From Macrostomum lignano (lineage: Eukaryota), in the NCBI GenBank assembly GCA_002269645.1, contig NIVC01001635.1:192388-256387 (forward strand): 64,000 nt of DNA. Reading direction: 5' to 3'. Position numbers and translations under genes: made by a program. Positions 1 through 27,364 of the stretch are shown here, piece by piece (position 1 is the first letter of the stretch; every line of letters starts with the position of its first letter). The notes under the pieces were generated by a model, which ran no database searches, was not told where the DNA came from, and saw only the letters and a list, made by a program, of their open reading frames with translations.

Positions 1-1315
1 TTCAAAACAATATTAATACTTTATAAGCTGCTGCAAGGGACAAGGGACCGCGAAAATGAGCTCTAAATTTTACACAAAGTTCTGAACCAGAACCTGTGTA
101 TTCCTCGTGGGGCGCTTAATTATTAATCTCGAAACTTTACACTGCCAAAACAGGGGAACTTTAAAGACACGAAATTTCACAAAATTGAAGTCTTCTAAGA
201 GCTGTCTCTCCAGTGCAATTTGACATTCAAATTTCGGGTTTGTAAAACGCCCCCCAGCGAAGCGGTCGACTACGTACGAATCCTATAGTTTAAAGAACAA
301 AAAAAGACAAAAAATGCAATTAACAGAAAATAATATTACTTACAGTAGACAGAGCTGATCTGGGCCAACAGGTAGAACGTTAACAATCAAGGATAAAAAG
401 ATTATTAAATCCATTGCGCATGTAGTTTGTTTATTTTTCAAGATTTTAGGTTTGCATTTCATTTCAAGCGTAGAATATCTGTCGGTTAAAACCATTTCGG
501 CAGCACAAAAGTTCTTTAAATTCATTAAATTTTACAAAAAATGATAACAGAGCAACAACAAATTTTAACTGCTACTTATAGTATTATTATATTATATTAT
601 TATCGATATAATAAAGAATAATGCAATTTGTACAAGTATAAATATAACAATATAATAAGCTAACAATTACCTTTCTTGAGGTTTTTATATTTTATCAAAC
701 ATCATTTTTTGTTCAATCTTATAGATTTCAGTTTGAGCAGCATTTTACGATTAACTTAGCTTCATTCGAGAAACAAATCAAACCAAACAATCCATTTCAG
801 GTTAGATAACACAGGTGAAAAAAGTACACGGCGACAAAATGCTTAATATAAACTACTTCTAGTACTACACAGAGAATATTTTGCATTTTTACTACAAGTT
901 AGGTATTTTTGAAAACTGACACATCTAAACGGAGATTTATTGCCAAAGTTAAAAGCAAAATACTCAAGACGAACGTAAAACGTGTCTTAAATAAAAATTA
1001 TCAAGTCAGAATGTTTATTTTCTGCTCCTTCCCTGCACTACTTTTAGTAAAATAATTAGTTCACTTTTTTAGACAATATAGGTTTATTTCTACTATAAGT
1101 AGACTATGACAAGACATTGACATCGACAAGATTATATTCTTTCCTACCCTGCACTACTTTAAGTAGAATAAATTAATTTGAAAATAATTTTTTAGGCTTT
1201 TTTCTGTATTGATACCAGTAGACTACAACGGACATTAAAATTAATTATTGATGGTAATTTTTTGTCTCAACGAACACAGTCACAGTTTCTTCACCACCTA
1301 GTTTAATTCAATAGC

Positions 1316-3256
1316 TTAATAAACATAATTCTGCGGAGCTTCAGGCGGACAGAAGCGCAGTACGAAAGCGATAAAGCCGCGAATAATTGACTGGCCAATC
1401 TGGGGGCAGCTGGGCGACAGGCAGAATTGTTCGGCGCGAATTCGCAGATCTCTGAACACCGTGCGGTTGTAGGGATTTCGATTCGAACAGTAGCGCAAGA
1501 TCAGAAACTTGTAGTACAGGAACGGGGTGACAATGGAGCCATAGCCAGTGAACAGCATGAGAATAACTGCTGGCATTAGGAAGATCTCATTCAGAGCGAT
1601 TAGGGTCAGGATGGTGCGCGTGTTCCGGTCGATGTAGCTGGTCAAGCGGAGCACCTGCGGTGGGTTTTTTGAGTTGCGGTAATTAGCACCTGGTTGCCTA
1701 GCAACTGAGGATCTGGGAGGCTGACCCAGCAACTAAGGATCTGGGAGGCAGGTGGCCCAGCAACTGGGGAGGCTGGCCCAGCAACTGAGGATCTGGGAGG
1801 CTGGTCCAGCAACTGAGGATCTGGGAGGCTGGCTCAGCAACTGAGGATCTGGGAGGCAGGTGGCCCAGCAACTGGGGAGGCTGGCCCAGCAACTGAGGAT
1901 CTGGGAGGCTGGTCCAGCAACTGAGGATCTGGGAGGCTGGCTCAGCAACTGAGGATCTGGGAGGCAGGTGGCCCAGCAACTGGGGAGGCTGGCCCAGCAA
2001 CTGAGGATCTGGGAGGCTGGTCCAGAAAGTGACACTCTGGGAGGCTGGCCCAGCAACTGACACTGGGAGGGTGGCCCAGCAACTGAGGATCTGGGAGGCT
2101 GGCCCAGCAACTGAGGATCTGGGAGGCTGGTCCAGAAACTGACACTCTGGGAGGCTGGCCCAGCAACTGACACTCTGGGAGGCTGGCCCAGCAACTGAGG
2201 ATCTGGGAGGCTGGTCCAGAAACTGACATTCTGGGAGGCTGGCCTAGCAACTGAGGATCTGGGAGGCTGGTCCAGAAACTGACATTTTGGGAGGCTGGCC
2301 CAGCAACTGAGGATCTGCGAGGCTGGTCCAGAAACTGACATTCTGGGAGGCTGGCCCAGCAACTGAGGATCTGGGAGGCTGGTCCAGAAACTGACATTCT
2401 GGGAGGCTGGCCCAGCAACTGAGGATCTGCGAGGCTGGCCCAGCAACTGAGGATCTGTGAGGCTGGTCCAGAAACTGACACTCTGGGAGGCTGGCCCAGC
2501 AACTGAGAATCTGAGAGGCAGGTGGCCCAGCAACTGACACTCTGGGAGGCTGGCCCAGCAACCGAAGATCGGTAGCCAGCAGCCATAACAGTGTAAGTCC
2601 GTGGGTTGAGTTGCAGCGAATAACAAAACGTGAGGAGACCTCACAGGCTCACGCCAATATATTTATTGCCAAAGTTAGGGTGGGTGTAAGCACCCTAAGC
2701 ACACACACGCCGCAGCGCTTAAACCCCAACCCCCAAACCAGCCAGACGTGCGCATTTAAGTGCACGCGCACCAATAAGCGAGACTACAACAGCAATGAAC
2801 CCCGGCCCGCACCTGATCAGTCACAGGCAGCTGCTGCCTGGTCACCAGCTGCCTGGTGTACACGGTGGAGTGCAGCAAAGCGAACAGGAACACAGGGACC
2901 AAAGCCAGAGTGACCGGGGCAGGCGCCATAGCAAAGATGAGCACAAACAGCAGGTAGTGAGCATTATCCTCAGCCAGCAGTCGCCGCATGCCGTCCATAT
3001 TCATTGTGACGCCGGCCTCCCGAGCTCGGGTGTGCAGCTTCAAAGCGGAGGCGACGCCGTACGCTAACAGGGCCCTGGTGTGCCAGGCGGGCAGGGAGGT
3101 GAACAGGTACAGAACAGTGAACACCAGGGTGCCCAATCGGGCCATGTACATGAGAAAATCGTGGTTGCCGCCTCGACCAGCTGCTGGCTGCTGCTGCTGT
3201 TGTTGCTGCTGCTGATTGCTTTCATCTACATGATCTCCACCTGCTTGTTGAGACAT
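1316..3256 (-). CDS. TMEM33: Transmembrane protein 33 (TMEM33/Pom33 family ER membrane protein), 2 exons, about 260 aa, with an N-terminal polyQ tract
   Basis: Exon 1 is 3256-2813 (ATG MSQQAGG... to ...VTDQ, donor CAG|GTGCGG). Exon 2 is 1654-1316 (acceptor CCGCAG|GTG, ends in a stop). The join is phase 0. Family motifs recognised from memory: RALLAYGVASALKLH, LLAEDNAHYL, FLYYKFLILRYCSNRNPYNRTVFRDLR. Confidence 0.92.
1690..2580. repeat. Intronic minisatellite in TMEM33 (core GCAACTGAGGATCTGGGAGGCTGGCCCA, variable units of about 20-25 bp)
   Basis: Tandem units are directly visible. They account for the repetitive ORFs between 1698 and 2644. Confidence 0.95.
1693..1705. promoter_or_regulatory. 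RFX X-box (GTTGCCTAGCAAC) in the TMEM33 intron
   Basis: Exact match to GTTGCC-N1-RGCAAC. Function is not demonstrated. Confidence 0.5.
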
Positions 3257-3430
3257 CTCTAATTTTGATTTCTTTACTTGTTTATGGCTGTTCTGTAGGT
3301 CAAATTTGAGATTGCAGCCACATGCAAGGAAGTAATAATTGTACTTAATGTTGCGTCTTATGAGCCTCTGACACATACAAGTTGCAGAAGTCTGCAGAAT
3401 CTATGGTTGCAGACTATTTAAATTTGAGTT

Positions 3431-3606
3431 AAGCATGTTGCTCAATGACACAAATCGTTCCAAGTGGGCAAAGAATCGAACCCCTGACCTTCTAGTTGTA
3501 AGTCTGACACTAACCAATAGGCTACAACCCCTAGTTAATTCTTAACTCTGCATTGCTTCAGTTCACCATACAGCCATACACAGCCTTCAGATGCATCTCT
3601 GCACAT
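3431..3606. mobile_element. Decayed SINE copy with its 5' half inverted relative to its 3' half
   Basis: 3431-3534 matches the minus-strand head and core start of the SINE at 49560-49776. 3541-3606 matches the plus-strand core and tail of the SINE at 39386-39610. Confidence 0.75.
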
Positions 3607-4504
3607 TAGAGCAGGTGCAATCAATTAATTATTTTTATCAAATTCGACAATGATAGAGAAGCAATAAAATCTAAAGAATCCTAATGATTATAAAACATAG
3701 TAACAAATAAAATTGCATTCAGCTTAGAAAAAAACAGGGTGCTATAAACAAAAGTTGATATATCATGGTAAATATTTAAAATTTAACACAAAACCTAGCT
3801 TGAGTTTTTATAGAATCCTAAGCATAATATATATGTTTTTAAAATATAGAATATTCTTACAGGTCTAATTGTATTAATAATTTGTTATGGCTATAGAAAT
3901 TTATGGCATCTATAATAAAATTAGTGTTTAAATACAACTATAATGGCTATAAATATTTTTGTAGAAAAGAAATTTTCTATTGTTTATAACTATGGAAATA
4001 TGGCTTAGACTTACTTAGGCCAAAGCTGACTCAACTAGAGCTTTTACTAGTCCATGTTATGGCTATATCCCTAATACCATTGCTATGCTAATCAAAAATC
4101 ATATAGGTATATGATAATATTTTAAAAGTAACTATCCTCTATAGGAGATAAACCTTTTTAAATAGTTATTTTTCATTACAAAATAAGCAAGAAAATATAT
4201 TTTGCTTAACAATTTTGAAATTATTGAATAAATAACCAAGGGTATCTAAAGTAGACTCTTTAGAAGGTCTTGGTAAATGCTAAAAAAGCCAGTCATTTTG
4301 TATATAGATAGAAAGTTTTGAATTCTATTTAAGGTATCAATAATAAACCTTCAAAATTTATAGCCTTTGCTTGCAGTGCTAAAAATTAAAAAGGTTGGTT
4401 AAACTAACAAAAAAATCTAAATAGGATTAGGGCCTAGTCTGAATATAAAATCATGCTTTTAATACTGCATAAAGTTAGTTGCTTCAGTATTTAGGGCCTA
4501 CAAT

Positions 4505-4830
4505 TATATTTATCTTTTTTATAGTTCACCTATATCCCTTTTGCTGCCTTTTTAGTGCCTCTATATTCTATAGCTATGTGAAGTGTGCATCTTAGCAGTT
4601 TATAAGGCCTTTTTTCTAGGATATACCTGTCTTATAGCTAGTTTTCTTTGCATTTTCAATCTTTGCTTTAACAACTTGGCATTATATTTTATAGCTTTAG
4701 CTTTTTGCTTATAGTCCTTATAGTCCTTGAGGGCTTTACAAACTGCTAAGATGCACACTTCACATAGCTATAAAGGCACTAAAAAGGTAGCAAAAATGGG
4801 ATATAGGAAAACTAAAAAAGATAATTAGCA
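4505..4830. mobile_element. Degenerate inverted-repeat (foldback/MITE-like) element, arms at about 4505-4612 and 4730-4828
   Basis: TATAGCTATGTGAAGTGTGCATCTTAGCAGTTT at about 4569 is the reverse complement of AAACTGCTAAGATGCACACTTCACATAGCTATA at about 4740. The flanking sequence also pairs. Confidence 0.7.
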
Positions 4831-6904
4831 TGATAGGCATTTATTTTAGCATTATATGAGGGGCGTTTCAGTTTAAAACACCCCTTGTAGGTACTCATTT
4901 TGGTGCCAAAGGCACTCATTTTAATAGCAAAGACATAATATTTTGGCACATTGAAGAAAAATTATTGATTATCACAAAAGGTCACAAGGTAGGATGGGGC
5001 TAAGGAGATAAAGCTTTTATTAGGGGAGATAACTCTACCTCTCAATATAGTAATGTGCCTACATTAGATGCTATCTACCATTACCAAGGCCAAAATATCA
5101 AATGACCCTTGTTTGAGTACAATTAGGTTGGGTGGCATGGCTAGGCTATTTTGTAATTAGTTTTATATATTGAATTATTTATATTGAAAATAATAGTAAC
5201 CATTATAATAGTAAAAATAATAACATTTTAAGCTTAATAAGTAATAGAATAAAAATTAAAAAACAAATTTTATTTTTATTGAATGCCTAGTTTTATTTAA
5301 ATGCATATAAACAATGTTAGACAATTAGGCCTATTTAAATAGGCCTATAATTCTAATTATCTTTTTATAATTTGCCTATATCTTATTTTTGCTGCCTTTT
5401 AAATTTTAGTGCTTTTATAACTATATAAAGTACCTATAATATTAAAATGAGTGCTTTTAGCAACAAAAAAGTGCCTATATTGCCAAAATAAGTATCTACA
5501 AAGTACAATGCTAAACTGAAAGCTTGCAATGCCAAAATGAGTGCTTGCAGTGCCAAAAGAAGTGCCTATGGCACTAAAATGAATAGGCCTATGCCTAGGC
5601 CTACATATAGCTGTAACTACAAGCTGTAGCACTAAAATCAGTAGGCCCCTAGTGATAACATGATTCTCAAAATAATAGAAATGAAGGAATTTAGTCATGG
5701 GATATATAGTTCTTTGCTTTGTCCTTCCTACCATAAAATCCATGGTAATGTTCCTAACCTAATATAGTAGGCCTATAATGACATCCTATTAGAGAAATTT
5801 GCTAGGGCCTAAGATATTGGCAATGGTAGGCCTATAGAAATACAAACATAAGAATCTAGACAAGAAATAGGTTCTAGATAATAGGGCCTAAAATAGGCAT
5901 AGGCTCTAAAAAGGGATACTTGATACTAATAGTTGATAGCTACTACTAGGTGGCCAAGTCTTTCTAATTTCAATGATAGGGCCTAGGCCTGGCTAAATTT
6001 GGCAACAAAGTTACTGACCACTGACTGACCCATAAATTCTATAGGCCTACCAGCCAATTTTTGGTTAAAAAATTGCATTGATTTGATAGCTCCATATATA
6101 GGGCCTATATCATGTTGGCCAACACTAACAGCCACAGGAATTTGGCTATCTGTACTGTATAGTAGGGCCTACTCTAGTCAAAATCAAACAAAAACTACGA
6201 AGCAACAAAATGCTAAAGTTAAAAATCTAAACCAATAATTGAAATACGATAGGCTTAGTCGATAGGCCTATGTAGTGCACAGATTCAGATATATACAGGA
6301 CAGGAGTTGAAGATACAACACTGTCACTGACTAACTGACAGTCAGTATGTATATTATATTGACTCTAGCTACTATCAAGTTGTTGATGAAATATTTGATT
6401 TTTTTAAAATCTAACCGATTATGTTAAGTATGTATGGACAGAATTATATGCCTAATATGCCTACCAGCGGCGGGTGGCGTCTATACAGAGAAAAGAATGT
6501 AAAATATCGAATTCGTTTATGATATTCGGGACTCATTGAAAAAATTATTTTTTGTATTTTTTGTTTACATTTTAAAACAAAACTAAACGGACGCCCTAGT
6601 TAGATAGAATTACTTAGCTTGAATCTCCGTTTTAGGTTTAACAATCGTTTTTTAAACAGATTTTGAAGACCGAGAAGGCAAGCCTGCCCGGCAAATTCTC
6701 TACACGAAGCTCACGTTCATGTATACGGCGGTCTCGCATGCTTGGATATCCAGGTCAGAATTTTCGCTCACTTGGTTAGTTCTTGACCCAATGAATGTTA
6801 TTTTTAAGCTTACCTTACACTAACTTTTTCGTTGGTACCAATTTCATGTCATAAATATGCAGAGTGCACGTATAGTATATAAGTATGAATTGTATTCATG
6901 CATG

Positions 6905-7350
6905 TCCCTTCGTCCTTCGAGCCTATACCGGCGGGTTCCCGCAGCAGCTAATCGACGCTGTCGCTGTTTTGTGATACTCGAGCTGCTGAGGTGACGGTGG
7001 ACGGCCTGTATGACCTGTTCGACACCTTATCAGGAGTTCTGCAGGGTGACACACACTATATCGCCGTTCCTCTGAAGTCGTGCTGCTGCTGAACTGGGTG
7101 GTTCGGACAAGTCCTTGCCGACATCTCAGCGGACCTGACGTGCCGCGGCGCAGACGGGCAGACGATCAAATTAGCTCGCACGCTGCCAGCGGTTCACCGC
7201 GGTCTGGTCCCTCGGAGGAAGACCTCCGGGGCGTCCTCCAGTCCAAAGCGCTGTCCAATTGCGACCGGCAGAGGGCTCGGCTGTGACAGGCGGTGGTCGA
7301 AACCGTCCTGCTATATATAACGCCGAAACGTGGACGCTGACGGCTACTGT
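6905..7350 (+). mobile_element. Degenerate non-LTR retrotransposon (LINE, RTE-like) reverse transcriptase fragment
   Basis: Frameshift-corrected translation gives VLRAY..PQQLIDAV, GVLQGDTLSPFL (RT motif, 7032-7072) and RARL*QAVVETVLLYNAETWTLTA (post-RT motif, about 7275-7348). It carries stops, 2-nt duplications and an internal deletion that removed YADD. Confidence 0.8.
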
Positions 7351-7374
7351 ACATGTAGCTGGAGCGTCAGTAGA

Positions 7375-8040
7375 GAAGGGAGAGAAAAAGAGAAGAGAAT
7401 ATAGGAGACGAGAGGACGAGAGGTGAAGAGAGATGAAATCGGCGAGGAGAGAGAAGGGAGAGGACAGAAGAGAGAGGGGGGAGGGAACAGGAGAGGAGAG
7501 GAGAGGAGAGAAGACAGAGAAGAGAGAATGGAGAGGAGAGAAGAGAAGGAGAGGAGAGAGGAGATCCGCGAAAATGGGGAGGAGAGAGCAGAGGAGAAAA
7601 GGGTGAGGAGAGGAGAGGAGAGGAGAGGAGAGGAGAGGAGAGGAGAGGAGAGGAGAGGAGAGGAGAGGAGAGGAGAGGAGAGGAGAGGAGAGGAGAGGAG
7701 AGGAGAGGAGAGGAGAGGAGAGGAGAGGAGAGGAGAGGAGAGGAGAGGAGAGGAGAGGAGAGGAGAGGAGAGGAGAGGAGAGGAGAGGAGAGGAGAGGAG
7801 AGGAGAGGAGAGGAGAGGAGAGGAGAGGAGAGGAGAGGAGAGAGGAGGGGAGAGGAGGGGAGACGAAAGGAGAGGAGGGGAGGGGAGAGGAGAGGAGAGG
7901 AGAGGAGAGGAGAGGAGGGGAGAGGAGGGGAGACGAAAGGAGAGGAGGGGAGGGGAGAGGAGAGGAGAGGAGAGGAGAGGAGAGGAGAGGAGAGGAGAGG
8001 AGAGGAGAGAAGAGAGGAGAGGAGAGAGGAGAGAGGAGAG
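7375..8040. repeat. (GGAGA)n pentanucleotide microsatellite
   Basis: Directly visible. Source of the spurious SSPLL and RRGEE ORFs. Confidence 0.97.
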
Positions 8041-8059
8041 GCGCAAGCCTTGAGAGAGC

Positions 8060-8168
8060 CGGATGCTCTCTCACAGAGCTATTGCAAAGTTTCAAAGGAC
8101 CCCGAGGGCCGGATGGAGAGGCTTTATGGGCCTCATGTGGCCCGCGGGCCGGAGTTTGCCGACCCCTG
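8060..8168 (-). mobile_element. hAT-Charlie-like DNA transposon terminus (solo end)
   Basis: The reverse complement reads CAGGGGTCGGCAAACTCCGGCCCGCGGGCCACAT, the terminal pattern I recall for MER58/Charlie-type hAT elements. No partner TIR was found. Confidence 0.6.
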
Positions 8169-8754
8169 ATTTGCAATATAAATTTAATTTGCAGCCAGTT
8201 CCATTTGACATTTTAGCTACATGTACATTTACTAGAAGTAGTGCGCATAGAAAATACATTCTAAATCTGTCAAATTCAGTAGCTATATATGCGCACGTTC
8301 GAATATAGCAATGAGGCTTGATAATATTTTAAATGAGATACACTGTATCTGTTTCTACGAAAGGACCCAGCTCACACTCAAGTAGAAGCAGAATGCTATC
8401 CTTTAATTATTATTTGATTTGCATGCGCAGAGTCTATAGAAAGTCTTTCTAGACTTTAAATCTGGTTTATCAGTTGACAGTACCAAAGCTTTATCTAGAT
8501 TCATTAGAAGATTTTAGCTGCGAGTTTTAAATTCAATTTTGTTGTCAGCGGCATGCGCTAGCTCCGTTTTGATAAAGTTTATGTTTAGTGCATGCTATTG
8601 CAATGCTTGACTGCTTGTGTGTCCATTAATTATACGATTCTGTGGAATAAACAGAAGCTGATCGAGGAGTTAGGGCTATCAACTGTTAGCAGTGAGCATT
8701 AGAAGGTCAAAGGGAGAAGGGAGAATTTAGGAGCGTCCAGTGACAGTCTGGAGG

Positions 8755-9150
8755 CTTGGGGGAATTGCGGTGACAATCTGAAGGATTAAGGGGGAATTGC
8801 GGTGACAATCTGAAGGATTAAGGGGGAATTGCGGTGACAATCTGAAGAATTGGGGAAGGAATTGCGGTGACAATCTGAAGGATTAAGGGGGAATTGCGGT
8901 GACAATCTGAAGGATTAAGGGGGAATTGCGGTGACAATCTGAAGGATTAGGGGGAATTGCGGTGACAATCTGAAGGATTAAGGGGGAATTGCGGTGACAA
9001 TCTGAAGAATTGGGGAAGGAATTGCGGTGACAATCTGAAGGATTGGGGAAGGAATTGCGGTGACAATCTGAAGGATTGGGGAAGGAATTGCGGTGACAAT
9101 CTGAAGGATTGGGGAAGAAATTGCGGTGACAATCTGAAGGATTGGGGACT
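8755..9150. repeat. 30-31 bp minisatellite (GGGGAATTGCGGTGACAATCTGAAGGATT)
   Basis: Tandem units are directly visible. Confidence 0.95.
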
Positions 9151-9674
9151 TTCAAAAGAGGGAATTCAAATGACCAGTTCATGGCACTAAACAGAGCGCT
9201 TGATAAAAATTGAAATTTGAGATAATTCTACACACACGGGATCATTGCAGCTTGCATTGAGAAGTGCTCAAACGTAAGATTTTCTCACGTCATCATGCTC
9301 AATATAGATAGGAGGGTAAATACAGACTGGAAGCTCGAATTTCTCTGTAGACTCTTACCCCCCCCCACCCCCCTTAATAGCCAGGTGGCACATGAGGCAC
9401 CTTTTCTCTAATAGTATAATAATTGTGCTCCGGCTCTGTGCAGCATATCTCTGCTTTACTTGCTTGCGGCAGTTGCTTGGCAGACTGCAGTTATAGCGGT
9501 CTGCAAACTGCCACTTCAGCTATTTTCTGGGGTGGGGTGGTGGTGTAGGGTGCAGCTGAGAGACAGACCGGCAGTCAGTTGGGGCGCAAGGACACCTTAA
9601 ACTGCAGATCTAGACAAGGAAACAGGGGCCTTTAGCTGTTTTTGTTTGACTGTAGTTGAGAGAATAGCTTGACT

Positions 9675-10420
9675 TATCTTGGCGCCCCTCTTGCATTAGC
9701 TTTGGCGCCACTTGCAGTAGCTTTGGCGCCACTTGCAGTAGCTTTGGCGCCACTTGCAGTAGCTTTGGCGCCACTTGAAGTAGCTTTGGCGCCACTTGCA
9801 GTAGCTTTGGCGCCCCCTTGCAGTAGCTTTGGCGCCCCCTTGCAGTAGCTTTGGCGCCACTTGCAGTAGCTTTGGCGCCACTTGCAGTAGCTTTGACGCC
9901 CCCTTGCAGTAGCTTTGGCGCCACTTGCAGTAGCTTTGGCGCCACTTGCAGTAGCTTTGGCGCCCCCTTGCAGTAGCTTTGGCGCCCCCTTGCAGTAGAT
10001 TAATTTGGCGCCCCCATGCAGTAGATTAATTTGGCGCCCCCTTGCAATAGATTAATTTGGCGCCCCCATGCAGTAGATTAATTTGGCGCCCCCTTGCAGT
10101 AGATTAATTTGGCGCACCCTTGCAGTAGATTAATTTGGCGCCCCCTTGCAGTAGATTAATTTGGCGCCCCCTTGCAGTAGATTAATTTGGCGCCCCCATG
10201 CAGTAGATTAATTTGGCGCCCCCTTGCAATAGATTAATTTGGCGCCCCCTTGCAGTAGATTAATTTGGCGCCCCCTTGCAGTAGATTAATTTGGCGCACC
10301 CTTGCAGTAGATTAATTTGGCGCCCCCTTGCAGTAGATTAATTTGGCGCCCCTTGCAGTAGATTAATTTGGCGCCCCCCTTGCAGTAGATTAATTTGGCG
10401 CCCCCTTGCAGTAGCTTTGG
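9675..10420. repeat. Bipartite minisatellite: 21-bp units (GCAGTAGCTTTGGCGCCACTT) switching to 25-26-bp units (GCAGTAGATTAATTTGGCGCCCCCTT)
   Basis: Directly visible. About 29 TTTGGCGC octamers counted by hand. Confidence 0.95.
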
Positions 10421-10639
10421 CTTTCCAGACTGTATCTTTAGAACTCCCCGGTCTGAGGGTCTGATAGCTCTCCAACTCTCACCCTCGGTCTCTGCCTGTC
10501 CCTGAGAAAATAGTGTTGTTGATTAGCGTTTTACTGGTGGCATGCGTGTTGACACAACTATAATTTATTATGCATATGTATAAACTGCGCAATGTTTTTC
10601 AAGAATTTTTAAAATTATGGCTGTAGCGGAGCGCCAAAT

Positions 10640-11655
<1,016 letters not shown>

Positions 11656-12131
11656 CACGCACAAAACTACTGCACTGAAATACAATTAACTAATTAGTCG
11701 TCAAGGAAGTTTTATCTTTTGGAATTAAAAAAATCAGATCAACTATAAACCAACACGGTTCGGCTGAAGCTCGGGCATTTGGGCTGACTGGTCCCTCAGG
11801 TTCTCTAACCCTGACTCCACACTGCAACTGCGAACTGAAAATCTGAAACTTCCTGAGCAGCCAGAGGGTGGTTGAGTGAAGATTCTCATTGGTTCTGGGC
11901 CAAGGGTGGGCCATACGCTATATGAATGCAGCATTTAGGTAAGTTGCAGGTAAGAACGACCTGCAAGACGGCAACGCAAAGAAGCAGAGAATCAGGCCAT
12001 GCTACTAGTAAATCTACTTTGATAAATTTGCAGCCATAGCAACCAAGGTCAAGGTGAGCTTCAATGCGAGAGTCTAACCGTACAAAATCAGCAAACTGAT
12101 TTGCAATAATCGAATAGTTTTTTTTTAAATC

Positions 12132-27228
<15,097 letters not shown>

Positions 27229-27364
27229 CTTTCGATACAACATATCGTTGTTGGAATGGCAGTAAAAATGTGATCAAATATGGATTCTATATTGGAAAAA
27301 ATAAATGCAGCAGGACCGTATGAATCAAGCAAAAAGTTTCTAGCAATTATGGATGAATGTAGAG

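Noticed and set aside
340-525. 61-aa ORF in AT-rich sequence
   Set aside because: Short, with no motif and no splice support.
1005-1245. Diverged tandem duplication of about 120 bp (CCCTGCACTACTTT...AGTAGACTA) downstream of TMEM33
   Set aside because: Real, but only two degenerate copies in a 3' flank, with no sign of function.
1698-2644. Long ORFs with periodic peptides here and at 7171-8176, 10983-11697, 21687-23069, 26039-26957, 37968-38764, 41335-42469, 46829-47669 and 50398-51159
   Set aside because: They are translations of tandem repeats that lack stop codons, mostly inside introns of modelled genes.
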